From contig CAXXKT010000002.1 of NCBI GenBank assembly GCA_963662405.2, positions 194,484-258,483 on the forward strand: a stretch of DNA of 64,000 nt, given 5' to 3'. Made by a program: the position numbers and the translations under genes. The notes below the pieces were generated by a model. It was not told the origin of the DNA and made no database searches. It was given only the letters and a program-made list of their open reading frames with translations. Shown here in pieces: positions 46,450-56,131 of this stretch (its first letter is position 1; every line of letters starts with the position of its first letter). Source of the DNA: Syntrophales bacterium. GTDB lineage: Bacteria > Desulfobacterota > Syntrophia > Syntrophales > UBA2210.

Positions 46450-47468
46450 AGCAACTGATAGTCCCCATATTCGTCGTGCACGAGGGATGCCCCAACCGCT
46501 GTGTCTTCTGTAATGAGCGTATTGCCGCCGGGGACTACCCCGACAGGATCACCGGCGCCATCGTCAGGTCAATCTGTGACCGCCACCTTACACAAACCGG
46601 GAGAAAGTTCGATCAGATAGCCTTCTTCGGCGGGAATTTTACCGGGATGGCCCGGGACCACCAGGTCGAACTCCTGGACGCCGCCAGGGAATACGTCGAT
46701 GCAGGGATGGTCGCATCCATACGGCTATCGACCCGCCCGGACTATATCGATGAGGATCGCATCGATGTGCTTTCCCGATACCCTGTTTCAATCGTGGAAA
46801 TCGGTGCCCAATCGATGAACGATAAGGTCCTGGCGGCCTCACGAAGGGGGCATACATCGGGTGATGTAAGGAGGGCACTGGGACTTTTGCGCAAAGCCGC
46901 AATACAAACCGGCGTGCACCTGATGGCGGGACTCCCGGGGGACACCCGAGAGAGCTTCACCAACACCGTTCGTGAAATCATCGCCCTGCGCCCCGATACG
47001 GTCCGGATCCATCCGACCATCGTATTCAAAGACACGGGACTGGCTGATGCGTACCGAGAGGGCACCTACCGTCCCCTGACACTTGATGAGGCCGTCGACC
47101 TCTGCAAGGGAGCACTCTTGAGGTTTCAGGAGGCCAACATCCCCGTGATCCGCCTGGGGCTTCACCCGACACCGGAAATGCTCTCCGGGGACAATATCGT
47201 CACGGGTCCTTTTCACCCGGCCTTTCGCTCCCTGGTGGAAGGAGCCATTTTCCTTGACATGGCAACGGAGTTATTGAAATCGTCCGATCTTCCCCGCGAG
47301 AAAGTCGTTTTTTCCGTGGCCCCGCGGGATGTCTCGAACCTCCGGGGAATGAAAAATCGGAACATCCGGATACTGAAAGAGTCATTTAACATACCGGAGA
47401 TATTCGTCAGAGAGAACGAAGGACAGGAGCGCGGCTCACTCAGAGTGAGCGAGCTTTCGGCAACTTAA
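46443..47468 (+). CDS. Radical SAM protein (ELP3-like core without acetyltransferase domain)
   Basis: A CPNRCVFCNE cluster motif lies near the N-terminus and the protein has TIM-barrel-like length. A GTG start overlaps the rnc stop. Confidence 0.8.
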   Translation: MVKQLIVPIFVVHEGCPNRCVFCNERIAAGDYPDRITGAIVRSICDRHLTQTGRKFDQIAFFGGNFTGMARDHQVELLDAAREYVDAGMVASIRLSTRPDYIDEDRIDVLSRYPVSIVEIGAQSMNDKVLAASRRGHTSGDVRRALGLLRKAAIQTGVHLMAGLPGDTRESFTNTVREIIALRPDTVRIHPTIVFKDTGLADAYREGTYRPLTLDEAVDLCKGALLRFQEANIPVIRLGLHPTPEMLSGDNIVTGPFHPAFRSLVEGAIFLDMATELLKSSDLPREKVVFSVAPRDVSNLRGMKNRNIRILKESFNIPEIFVRENEGQERGSLRVSELSAT

Positions 47469-47478
47469 GGAGTTATAA

Positions 47479-48369
47479 GTGTTTAAATCAGGTTTTATTG
47501 GAATCATTGGAAAACCGAACGCGGGAAAATCTACGCTGATGAATCTCCTCGTAGGTGAAAAGGTGGCGATCAGTACCCACAAACCCCAAACGACCAGGAA
47601 TCGGATCATGGGAATCAGGACCACCGAGGCAGGCCAGTTTATCTTCCTGGACACCCCCGGCATCCACCGGGCACGGACGCCGCTCAACCGGCAACTGGTA
47701 TCGACCGCGATGAGTGTCCTTGACGACGTCAATATCCTCCTCCTGATTACCGACGCCGGGATACCGATCGGAGAGAATGACACACTGATCCTCTCATCGC
47801 TTAAAGACATACGAACACCGGTCATCCTGGTAATCAACAAAATCGACCTGATCCCCAAGGAGCAACTCCTCCCCCTGATCAACGGTGTGAAAGACCTGTA
47901 TCCCTTTAAAGAAATCGTCCCGGTCTCCGCCCTGAAGGGGTTCAACGGTGACCGGCTCCTGAAGGTTATCGAAGGGATCCTCCCGGAGGGGCCGCCCTAC
48001 TTCCCGGACGATATGATCACGGACCGCTCCGAGCGATTCCTCGCGGCCGAGATAATCCGGGAAAAAATCACCCTCTTTACCCACAAAGAAATCCCCTATT
48101 CAACCGCCGTCCTCATTGACTCGTTCAAGGAAGATGAGAAGAAGGGGCTGTTACACCTCCAGGCAACGGTGCACGTCGAAAAAGATTCTCAGAAAGGAAT
48201 CATCATCGGCAGGAGAGGTACTATGCTCAAGAAAATCGGAACCGCCTCACGCCTGGAGATGGAGCGGTTCTTCGACATCAGGATCTACCTGGAGCTGTTC
48301 GTCAGGGTCCAGAAGAACTGGGCACAGGACCCAAAGACACTGGGAGAATTCGGGTATCCGAATGGATAG
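47479..48369 (+). CDS. era: GTPase Era
   Basis: G1 is GKPNAGKST, G3 is DTPG, G4 is NKID, and a C-terminal KH domain is present. The GTG start is preceded by AAGGAG. Confidence 0.95.
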   Translation: MFKSGFIGIIGKPNAGKSTLMNLLVGEKVAISTHKPQTTRNRIMGIRTTEAGQFIFLDTPGIHRARTPLNRQLVSTAMSVLDDVNILLLITDAGIPIGENDTLILSSLKDIRTPVILVINKIDLIPKEQLLPLINGVKDLYPFKEIVPVSALKGFNGDRLLKVIEGILPEGPPYFPDDMITDRSERFLAAEIIREKITLFTHKEIPYSTAVLIDSFKEDEKKGLLHLQATVHVEKDSQKGIIIGRRGTMLKKIGTASRLEMERFFDIRIYLELFVRVQKNWAQDPKTLGEFGYPNG

Positions 48370-48381
48370 GAAACGGAGCGA

Positions 48382-49704
48382 ATGAAACCGATTGTTGCAA
48401 TCGTGGGCAGACCGAATGTGGGGAAGTCCACCCTTTTTAATCGTCTGTCAGAGACGAAGAGGGTCATCGTCATCGACCAACCGGGTGCCACACGAGACCG
48501 GAATTATGCGGACTCACTCTGGAACGGCAGGGTCTTTATGATCATCGATACGGGAGGATTCGAACCCGTCTCGACCGAACAGATGCTGGTACAGATGCGC
48601 GAGCAGACAAACCTCGCCATCGAAGAAGCCGACGCCATCATCTTCCTGCTGGACGGGCGGCATGGCCTGACCCCAGCAGATATCGAGATTACGCAGATCC
48701 TCCGGAGGACGAAGAAGCCGGTCTTCTACACCGTCAATAAGATCGACAATCTCCGCCAGGAGGATCTGGCTCTTGATTTCTACCGGCTGGGGATCGAACG
48801 GCTTTATTCCATATCATCCCAACACGGACTCGGGGTCGGTGATCTTCTGGATGATGTCGTCGAGTGCCTCCCCGCTGAGTCCTCAGCTCCGGAAGAAAAG
48901 GAAGAGCGGATACGGATAGCGGTCATTGGCAAGCCGAATGTCGGTAAATCCTCACTTGTCAATAAAATCCTCGGCTACGAGCGGACGATCGTCAACCCAA
49001 CCCCCGGAACGACAAGGGATGCCATCGACACCTCCTTTGACCTGAACGGCAGAAAATACCTCTTCATAGACACAGCTGGAATTCGCAAGAAGAGCAAGAT
49101 CAGTCTGCAACTCGAGAAATACAGCGTACTCGAGGCAATCAAGACGCTCAGCCGCTGCGATATCGCCCTCATGATGATCGATGCACAGGAGGGTGTCACC
49201 GATCAGGACACAAAGATCGCCGGTCTGGCATATGAGCGAGGGGTTGCCTGTATCGTCCTCCTCAACAAATGGGACCTGCTCGAAAAGGACAACACCACGA
49301 TCGGCACATATGTACGGCACGTCAAAGACAGCCTCAAGTATCTGGATTTCGCCCCCATTACTTCCATCTCGGCCCTGACCGGGCAGCGGGTGACCAAGGT
49401 GTTCGATCTTATCGATACCGTCTACGGACAATACTCACAGCGGGTTTCCACCTCCCTCCTGAATAAGAAACTGGAGGAGTTCACGGCGAAGCTTTCCCCC
49501 CCGCGCTATCGCAACAGGCCCAACAAGATACACTACGCAACGCAGATATCCGTCAAGCCCCCTACATTCGTTTTCTTCGTTCGAGAACCGAAGGGAGTCC
49601 ACTTTTCCTATGAACGGTATCTCGCTAACAGGATTCATGAGGAGCTGGGATTCGAGAACACTCCCCTGCGTATCATATTCAGGAAAAAAGGAAAGGAACG
49701 TTGA
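48382..49704 (+). CDS. der: Ribosome biogenesis GTPase Der (EngA)
   Basis: Two tandem GTPase domains are present (GRPNVGKST ... DTGG ... NKID, then GKPNVGKSS ... DTAG ... NKWD), followed by a KH-like C-terminus. Confidence 0.95.
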   Translation: MKPIVAIVGRPNVGKSTLFNRLSETKRVIVIDQPGATRDRNYADSLWNGRVFMIIDTGGFEPVSTEQMLVQMREQTNLAIEEADAIIFLLDGRHGLTPADIEITQILRRTKKPVFYTVNKIDNLRQEDLALDFYRLGIERLYSISSQHGLGVGDLLDDVVECLPAESSAPEEKEERIRIAVIGKPNVGKSSLVNKILGYERTIVNPTPGTTRDAIDTSFDLNGRKYLFIDTAGIRKKSKISLQLEKYSVLEAIKTLSRCDIALMMIDAQEGVTDQDTKIAGLAYERGVACIVLLNKWDLLEKDNTTIGTYVRHVKDSLKYLDFAPITSISALTGQRVTKVFDLIDTVYGQYSQRVSTSLLNKKLEEFTAKLSPPRYRNRPNKIHYATQISVKPPTFVFFVREPKGVHFSYERYLANRIHEELGFENTPLRIIFRKKGKER

Positions 49705-49716
49705 GGAAAAGGCGTC

Positions 49717-50887
49717 ATGAACCGTACACGACCATTTCTGCTGATACTGTCCCTGCTGCTGATCACGGTGATTCCTTCGTTCGCCCGTGGAGAAGAAACG
49801 CCCGGACCGATCAGGATCGGTGTCTATCTCCCCATGACCGGTCCCCTGGCCCCCCGTGGGCAGGCCGAGTATGCCGGGATTGAGATCGCACATGGGATGT
49901 CCCCCACCGTTTTGGGGAGAGAGGTCGAACTCCTGCTGGTCGACACGGCCCCGGAAGATGCGGAAACTGCCGATACCGTCACGCATCTGATCGACGATAC
50001 AACGGTGTGCGCCCTGATCGGAGAACCGGTGGGGAAGAACGCTCTTTCTGGAACCGTCGCTGCGGAGAGATCCGGAAAGCCGACCATTATCCCCACCTTC
50101 TCGCATTTCCCGCCGGCGAAAGGAAAACGATACGTATTCCCGATCGGGCTGACCGACCCCCTTGAGGTAAAAACCGTCGCACGGTACGCCTCCGACCGAC
50201 TCAAGGCAAAAAAAAGCGGCCATCCTCATGGATATCAACAGAGACACTTCCATGAACCGTGCCAACATCTTTATGAAACACTTTAGGGGAATAGGTGGAA
50301 GGGTGGTCGCAATAGCCTATTGCCGGACGGGGGACACGGTCTTCGCCACCCAACTCTCATATATCATAACGACAAAACCGGATATTCTGTACCTGCCGCT
50401 CTCGTCCCCCGAAATCACTCTCGTCTGTGGGCAGACCGCTGAAATGGGGCTGAATGTCCCTATGATCACCTCCGGCAACTTACACGTTCCGGCGCTGATT
50501 GAGGCGGGCGGAAGCGCCCTGGAGGGGGTCATGCTCCCCGGCGTTTTTGACCAAGCCATTCCCGCCGCCGACCAGAACGACCTGACCGCCGCCTACGTAG
50601 ACCGATATGAAAAGGAAACGGGGGGTGAGGCGGGGCACTTTGACGTACTGGGGGCCGACGCCTATCTCCTGCTGATAGATGCCATCCGGAGGGCTGATTC
50701 AACAGCGGGGCCACAGATAAGAAAGGCGCTTGCGACAACCACCGATTTCCGGGGGATATCAGGTCGCATCGCGGTCAATGAAGAGGGCGATGTATTGAGG
50801 GATATCATCCTGCTCAAGGTCCAAGAGGAGAAGTTTCAATACCTGGAAACGGTATCCCCTGTGCCGGAGAAGATGCAAGACGACTAA
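49717..50887 (+). pseudogene. Branched-chain amino-acid-type ABC substrate-binding protein, split by one frameshift in an A8 tract
   Basis: ORF 49717-50286 has a signal peptide and PIRIGVYLPMTGPLA... ORF 50228-50887 continues the same family in the +1 frame. Removing one A from the A8 run at 50208-50215 gives a seamless ...SDRLKAKKAAILMDINRDTS... Confidence 0.75.
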
Positions 50888-51591
50888 AAACCGAGATATG
50901 CCTTTTTGACTTCTTCGTTTACCAGAAGATTTTCAGAAGAATCCGCAAGTGTTATGCACCCGTTTTCCATGACGTAGCCACGGTTTGCCGCCTTCAAAGC
51001 CAGATTCGCGTTTTGTTCCACAAGAAAGATCGTTGTGTTATTTTCTTGGTTGATCTTTTTCACGATCTCAAATATCTGCTTGACGATCAGGGGTGCAAGC
51101 CCCAGAGAAGGCTCGTCGAGAAGGAGAAGTTTGGGCCGTGCCATAAGCGCCCGGGATATGGCCAGCATCTGTTGCTCTCCTCCGCTCAGTGTCCCACCCG
51201 CCTGATGACGCCGTTGTGCAAGGATGGGGAAAAGTTCAAAGGCATATTCCATATCTCTCTTAATCTGTGCCTTATCCTTTCTCAGGAAGGCCCCCATATC
51301 GAGGTTCTCCATCACCGACAGATAGGGGAAAATTCGGCGCCCCTCCGGTACTTGGCAGATACCGAGGGAAACGATCCTGTCGGGGTCCATATGGGTGATC
51401 GGTTGATCCATAAACACAATCTCACCGAATCGCGGGGGGACAATACCGCAAATGGCCATGAGCGTCGTGCTTTTCCCGGCACCGTTCGCACCGATAAGGG
51501 TGACAATCTCCCCCTCGGCGATCTCAATGGTGACGTCCTTCAGGGCCTGGATATTTCCGTAGAAGGTCTGTACTCTCCGAAGCTTAAGCAT
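50884..51591 (-). CDS. livF: Branched-chain amino acid ABC transporter ATP-binding protein LivF-like
   Basis: Walker A is GANGAGKST, the signature is LSGGEQQMLAI, and Walker B is LLLDEPS. Confidence 0.9.
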   Translation of the reverse strand: MLKLRRVQTFYGNIQALKDVTIEIAEGEIVTLIGANGAGKSTTLMAICGIVPPRFGEIVFMDQPITHMDPDRIVSLGICQVPEGRRIFPYLSVMENLDMGAFLRKDKAQIKRDMEYAFELFPILAQRRHQAGGTLSGGEQQMLAISRALMARPKLLLLDEPSLGLAPLIVKQIFEIVKKINQENNTTIFLVEQNANLALKAANRGYVMENGCITLADSSENLLVNEEVKKAYLGF

Positions 51592-52375
51592 CAGCTTCCT
51601 CCCCAAGATAGGCCTTGATCACGGCAGGGTTGTTGCGTATTTCCTCCGGGGTTCCCTGCGCGATCTTTCTCCCGTAGTCCACGACAAATATCCGGTCGGA
51701 CAGGCTCATGACGAGTTTCATGTCATGCTCTATCAGGAGTATCGATATGCCCTCCTGATCACGAATTCGTTTGATCAGGTCATCGAGTTCCCGTGTCTCA
51801 ATCGGATTCATCCCTGCGGCGGGTTCGTCCAGGAGGAGAAGAAAAGGATCCGTGGCCATCGCCCGTGCTATCTCGAGGCGTCTCTGCGCCCCGTAGGGAA
51901 GATTCTTCGCAAACTCATTGACAAAGGGATCAAGACCGATCTTCTCGAGAATGCGATAGCTGTCACGCACCACCTGCTTCTCTTCCCTGAGGGTCGATTT
52001 CCCTCTCAAGACGGCCCCCACCACCCCCGCACGCATCCTGCAGTGGCGTCCGATCATCACATTTTCGAGTACCGTCATGCTCGGGAAAAGGCGAATGTTC
52101 TGGAAGGTTCGCGCCAGGCCTTTTTCCGTTACCTTGTTCGGCTTCAGACCATTGATTCTTTTTGGTTTTTCATCCCGCCCTCCCGAGATGAGAATATCCC
52201 CTTCGGTAGGGGCATATATCCCCGTAATACAATTGAAAAAGGTCGTCTTTCCCGCGCCATTGGGGCCGATCAGCGCAACAATCTCATGTCTGCCCACATC
52301 CAGATCTACGGCATCCAGGGCTCGTAGACCTCCGAAATTCATACCAAGGTTTTGAACCTTCAGCACCTGGTCCAT
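51584..52375 (-). CDS. livG: Branched-chain amino acid ABC transporter ATP-binding protein LivG-like
   Basis: Walker A is GPNGAGKTT. The LivG-type insertion and LPYGAQRRLEIARA, LLLDEPAAG are also present. Confidence 0.9.
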   Translation of the reverse strand: MDQVLKVQNLGMNFGGLRALDAVDLDVGRHEIVALIGPNGAGKTTFFNCITGIYAPTEGDILISGGRDEKPKRINGLKPNKVTEKGLARTFQNIRLFPSMTVLENVMIGRHCRMRAGVVGAVLRGKSTLREEKQVVRDSYRILEKIGLDPFVNEFAKNLPYGAQRRLEIARAMATDPFLLLLDEPAAGMNPIETRELDDLIKRIRDQEGISILLIEHDMKLVMSLSDRIFVVDYGRKIAQGTPEEIRNNPAVIKAYLGEEADA

Positions 52376-52381
52376 ATTTCG

Positions 52382-53608
52382 TTAACCCTTTTCGACGTCC
52401 GTGATACCCTCAAATTTATATATGCGACGGACGTTGGGGATCAGTCCTCCGGGACGAAAGACCATCATCACGACGAGAACAACCCCAAATGCCAGCATCC
52501 GAAATTCGGAGAAGGCACGCAGGTACTCCGGCATGAGTATCAAAACAAGAGCCCCCGCAATGACGCCGACAATCGATCCCATCCCCCCCAGTACAACGAT
52601 ACAGAGGATGATGATCGACTCCCAAATAGTGAAGCTCGCCGGGTTGACAAAGGTCGTCTTCGCCGCAAAGACCACACCGCTCATCCCCGCCCATGTCGCC
52701 CCGAGAGCGAATGCCGTTAACTTTGTTTTTGCCTTATCGATTCCCATCGCCTGGCAGGCGATCTCGTCTTCTCGGAGGGCGATCCAGGCCCTGCCGATCC
52801 TTGAGTCCTGCAAGCGATTGACGACAAAGATCGTCAGGAGACACAAGCAGATCATAATATAGTATACATATATCGTGGCATCGTGTACCGATAGGTCCAT
52901 CCCCAACAGGGACGGGCGGGGGATATTCGATATGCCGCTGGGTCCGAATGAAAATGCATTCCAATTTTCCAGGATAATGCGGATGATCTCGCCGAACCCC
53001 AGGGTCACGATGGCAAGGTAGTCACCGCGGAGCCGGAGCACGGGAAAGCCCAGCATGATACCGAACAAGGCCCCCAGCGCCGCCCCGACGGGAAGCACCA
53101 TCCAGAAGCTGAGACCGAAGTGATAATTGAGGAGGGCATAGGCATACGCCCCCACCGCGTAAAAGGCGACGTACCCCAGATCGAGGAGCCCCGCCAGGCC
53201 GACAACGATATTGAGCCCCAATCCCAGCATAATGTAAATCAGGGCCGATATGAGAATGTTGGTCTGGTAGAGTGAGAACAGAAAGGGGAAAAAAAGCGTG
53301 AATACCCCGGCAAGTACGAATAATGGACGGGATATCCTCTTATTTCCCAAGAGGCGTTGCGCCAGGGGGACAGTATCCTCCCCCTCTCCTTCTTCCGCCT
53401 CCCGGGCACCCATCTCCTTGCGACACATGAAATAATGCCAGACAAGGGAGAGGAAAAAACTTCCGATACCGACGAGGAGCATATTCATCCATCGCCACTC
53501 CACGATACGTTCCACGGGATTGACGCGGATCACCATAATCGGAAAGGTCAGGAACATGAACCATATCGATACGAGAATGGCTTTTTTTATCTGATCAAAG
53601 GGAATCAA
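52382..53608 (-). CDS. livM: Branched-chain amino acid ABC transporter permease LivM-like
   Basis: 408-aa polytopic protein with LNIVVGLAGLLDLGYVAFYAVGAY. Confidence 0.9.
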   Translation of the reverse strand: MIPFDQIKKAILVSIWFMFLTFPIMVIRVNPVERIVEWRWMNMLLVGIGSFFLSLVWHYFMCRKEMGAREAEEGEGEDTVPLAQRLLGNKRISRPLFVLAGVFTLFFPFLFSLYQTNILISALIYIMLGLGLNIVVGLAGLLDLGYVAFYAVGAYAYALLNYHFGLSFWMVLPVGAALGALFGIMLGFPVLRLRGDYLAIVTLGFGEIIRIILENWNAFSFGPSGISNIPRPSLLGMDLSVHDATIYVYYIMICLCLLTIFVVNRLQDSRIGRAWIALREDEIACQAMGIDKAKTKLTAFALGATWAGMSGVVFAAKTTFVNPASFTIWESIIILCIVVLGGMGSIVGVIAGALVLILMPEYLRAFSEFRMLAFGVVLVVMMVFRPGGLIPNVRRIYKFEGITDVEKG

Positions 53609-53635
53609 TGTAACTTCCTGTTTCCAGTATCCGCC

Positions 53636-54538
53636 TTACACCTTGTGCTGATCAGTCCGGCCCAGGATTCCGGCTGGTCTGAAGATCAGGATCAACACCA
53701 GGAACAGAAAGGCAAACACATCTTCATAATCACTCGACACGTACCCGGTTGCGAAGCTCTCGGTCCATCCCAAGACAAAGCTCCCGAGAACGGCGCCGGG
53801 CACACTTCCGATACCTCCCAGGACCGCGGCGACAAACGCCTTGATCCCCGCGATAAAGCCGATATAAAAGTTGACCATCCCGATATGAGAAGCTATCAGG
53901 ACCCCCCCTATCGCCGCGGTCGCCGATCCGACGACAAAGGTGACGGAGATGACGCGGTTGACATTGATCCCCACGAGCATCGACATCGTCTTGTCCTGCG
54001 AGGCCGCCCGCATCGCCTTACCCATATTGGTAAATTTTATCAGTATAGTCAGAAGGATCATGACAATGGCCGTCGTTATGAGAATGACGATCTCCGTCGA
54101 ACCGATGATGTGCGCATAGGGCTCCATGAACTCAAAATCGGGGATCAGGTTTGGAAAAGGCAGAAAATCCGATGTCTGGGCCAGGAGCACGTAATTCTGA
54201 AGGAAAAGAGACATCCCGATGGCGCTGATCAGGGCGGAGAGACGGGGCGCGTTCCGGAGGGGCTTGTAGGCGATCTTCTCGACGGTATAGCCGTAAGCAC
54301 TCGAATATATCACGGCAATAACACCCGCTATCACGAGAATGGCAATCGTATTCATCCCCATCAAGGTCAGGACCGATATGACGATCAGGGCCGTAAAAGC
54401 GCCGATCATGTAGATTTCACCATGGGCAAAATTAATCAACTCAATGATGCCGTAGACCATGGTATAGCCGAGGGCGATCAATGCGTAGATGCTCCCGCGG
54501 GTCAGCCCGCCCAGAAACAACTCAAGAAAATAATCCAT
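53636..54538 (-). CDS. livH: Branched-chain amino acid ABC transporter permease LivH-like
   Basis: 300-aa polytopic protein with GSIYALIALGYTMVYGIIELINFAHGE. Confidence 0.9.
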   Translation of the reverse strand: MDYFLELFLGGLTRGSIYALIALGYTMVYGIIELINFAHGEIYMIGAFTALIVISVLTLMGMNTIAILVIAGVIAVIYSSAYGYTVEKIAYKPLRNAPRLSALISAIGMSLFLQNYVLLAQTSDFLPFPNLIPDFEFMEPYAHIIGSTEIVILITTAIVMILLTILIKFTNMGKAMRAASQDKTMSMLVGINVNRVISVTFVVGSATAAIGGVLIASHIGMVNFYIGFIAGIKAFVAAVLGGIGSVPGAVLGSFVLGWTESFATGYVSSDYEDVFAFLFLVLILIFRPAGILGRTDQHKV

Positions 54539-54592
54539 TGCAACTCACTTTTTTTTACGCTTTGATCGGGTCCCTTCGGGTCGGCGCACAGC

Positions 54593-54629
54593 AAAACCGG
54601 GGGGGCAGACCCTTGCAGTCTCCCCCCCG
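54593..54629 (-). terminator. GC-rich hairpin plus short U tract between the binding-protein gene and livH (possible attenuator/terminator)
   Basis: The minus strand reads GGGGGGGAGAC-TGCAAGG-GTCTGCCCCCCC followed by GGTTTTGC. That is about 11 bp of stem with one bulge, then four U residues. Confidence 0.45.
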
Positions 54630-54668
54630 ATCCTGAGAAATATGTAATTGTTCAGTGCACCGGCTCTG

Positions 54669-55801
54669 CTATTTTACCTCAACGTATACGCCGTCCTTCA
54701 CCTGATAAATGGAGAATCCGATCCCGATGGCATCCCCTTTCTCGTCAAACTTGATCTTTCCCAAGGGCGTCTCGACATATTCAGTCTTCAGCGCCTGTGA
54801 GACCTTTTCATAATCGGTTCGATCCCGCCTTCTCAATCGCATTGAGCAGGGCCTGCGTGGCGGCATAGGCATTCAGGAAGAACGCTCCCGGATCGGTGCC
54901 GTACGCCTCTTTGTGCGCCTCATTGGCGGCGATAGCCAGGGGATTCTTCGAGGTATCTCTTGGTCCGGTTGCATAGACGCCCTCCGCGTACTTACCGGCC
55001 ACCTTGATAAAGGTATCGTCCTTCACCCCGTCATCGGAAACAAAAGCGGTTTTCATTCTCTTTTTACGCATCTGCATGACGATCTTCGACGCCTCGGGAT
55101 GGTATCCACCGAATATCACGGCGTCCGCCTTGAAGCGTCTGATCTTCTGAACCACCGCCGAATAGTCGACGGCGCCCCGGCGTGACCCCTTCGTAGAGGA
55201 CTACTTCGGCCCGGGGATCTTTTTCGATGAAGCCTTTCGCGAATTCCGCCAGACCTTTGCCGTAATCACCCTTGTCATGCAGGACGGCAATCTTTTTGGC
55301 CTTCAGGACGTTGAGCGTATAGTCCACCTCGAGTCGAGCCTGGGCATCATCCGAGGCGATCGTCCGGTAAAAATTGGGGTACTCACCGCTCTGCGTCAGC
55401 GGCGGGTTGGTGGCGGACGGCGACATGCAGATGATGTTCTCGGCCTTGTATATGGCGAGAGCTGCCTTGGTCGCACCGCTACAGATGTGCCCCATGACGA
55501 CATCAACCTCCTGAGAAAGCAGCTTGGTGGCCGTGTTCGTGGCAACTTCCGGTTTGCAGACATCATCTTCCACAAGAAGTTCCACCTCTTTCCCCAGGAT
55601 TCCCCCCTTTGCGTTGATATCCTGGACGACAAGCTCGGCGGCCTTTACAGAGGGGATACCGTAGGAAGCAAGATCGCCGCTATGGGCCCCGGCGACACCC
55701 AGTTTTATTGTATCTGCTGCGATTCCTGCACCGGCCGTTGCGAATATCCCACAGAGCATAACGATCACAGCCAAAAACGTCCTTCCACAATGGCTTTTCA
55801 T
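54669..55801 (-). pseudogene. Branched-chain amino-acid ABC substrate-binding protein (LivJ/K-like) interrupted by two 1-nt frameshifts
   Basis: Three consecutive ORFs (55064-55870, 54808-55155, 54669-54872) together encode one SBP. Removing one C/G from the C4 run at 55175-55178 gives ...YEGVTPGAVDYSAVVQKIRR... Removing one base near 54826-54832 gives ...IEKAGSTDYEKVSQAL... The likely start is the ATG at 55799-55801 (MKSHCGRTFLAVIVML, a signal peptide). Confidence 0.75.
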
Positions 55802-55932
55802 AGTCCCCTTTATCCTCCTCGTTAGTTTAGTGCCACAAATCGTTTTTTCATAACGGAATATTGACGCCAAGTCAAGCTACGTTCCACCAAAAAGAATGCA
55901 CCATCCATGATAAGACCGGTTCCCGGTTTCCC

Positions 55933-56118
55933 CTAAAAGCGGAAGAAAAAATCCAGAAACGGGTCGTCAAACCGGCGCTGCGTCTTCTTAAATCGATAGC
56001 TGATAGAGGTTATCCCTATCCCGATCAGGATCAGTACAGATGCCACGATAATCGACAAGAGCGGGGGATAGACGGCTATGAGTATACCGGCCACAATAAA
56101 TATGATTCCCAAGACCAT
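55933..56118 (-). CDS. Small two-TM membrane protein (DUF3096-like)
   Basis: 61 aa, MVLGIIFIVAGILIAVYPPLLSIIVASVLILIGIGI... The family assignment is from memory of the hydrophobic pattern only. Confidence 0.45.
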   Translation of the reverse strand: MVLGIIFIVAGILIAVYPPLLSIIVASVLILIGIGITSISYRFKKTQRRFDDPFLDFFFRF

Positions 56119-56131
56119 TTTATTATCACCT

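Noticed and set aside
53357-54565. 402-aa + strand ORF rich in His, Asp, Gly and Arg
   Set aside because: It is entirely antisense to livH and livM, which have unmistakable permease sequences. The low-complexity composition is typical of the antisense frame of hydrophobic genes.
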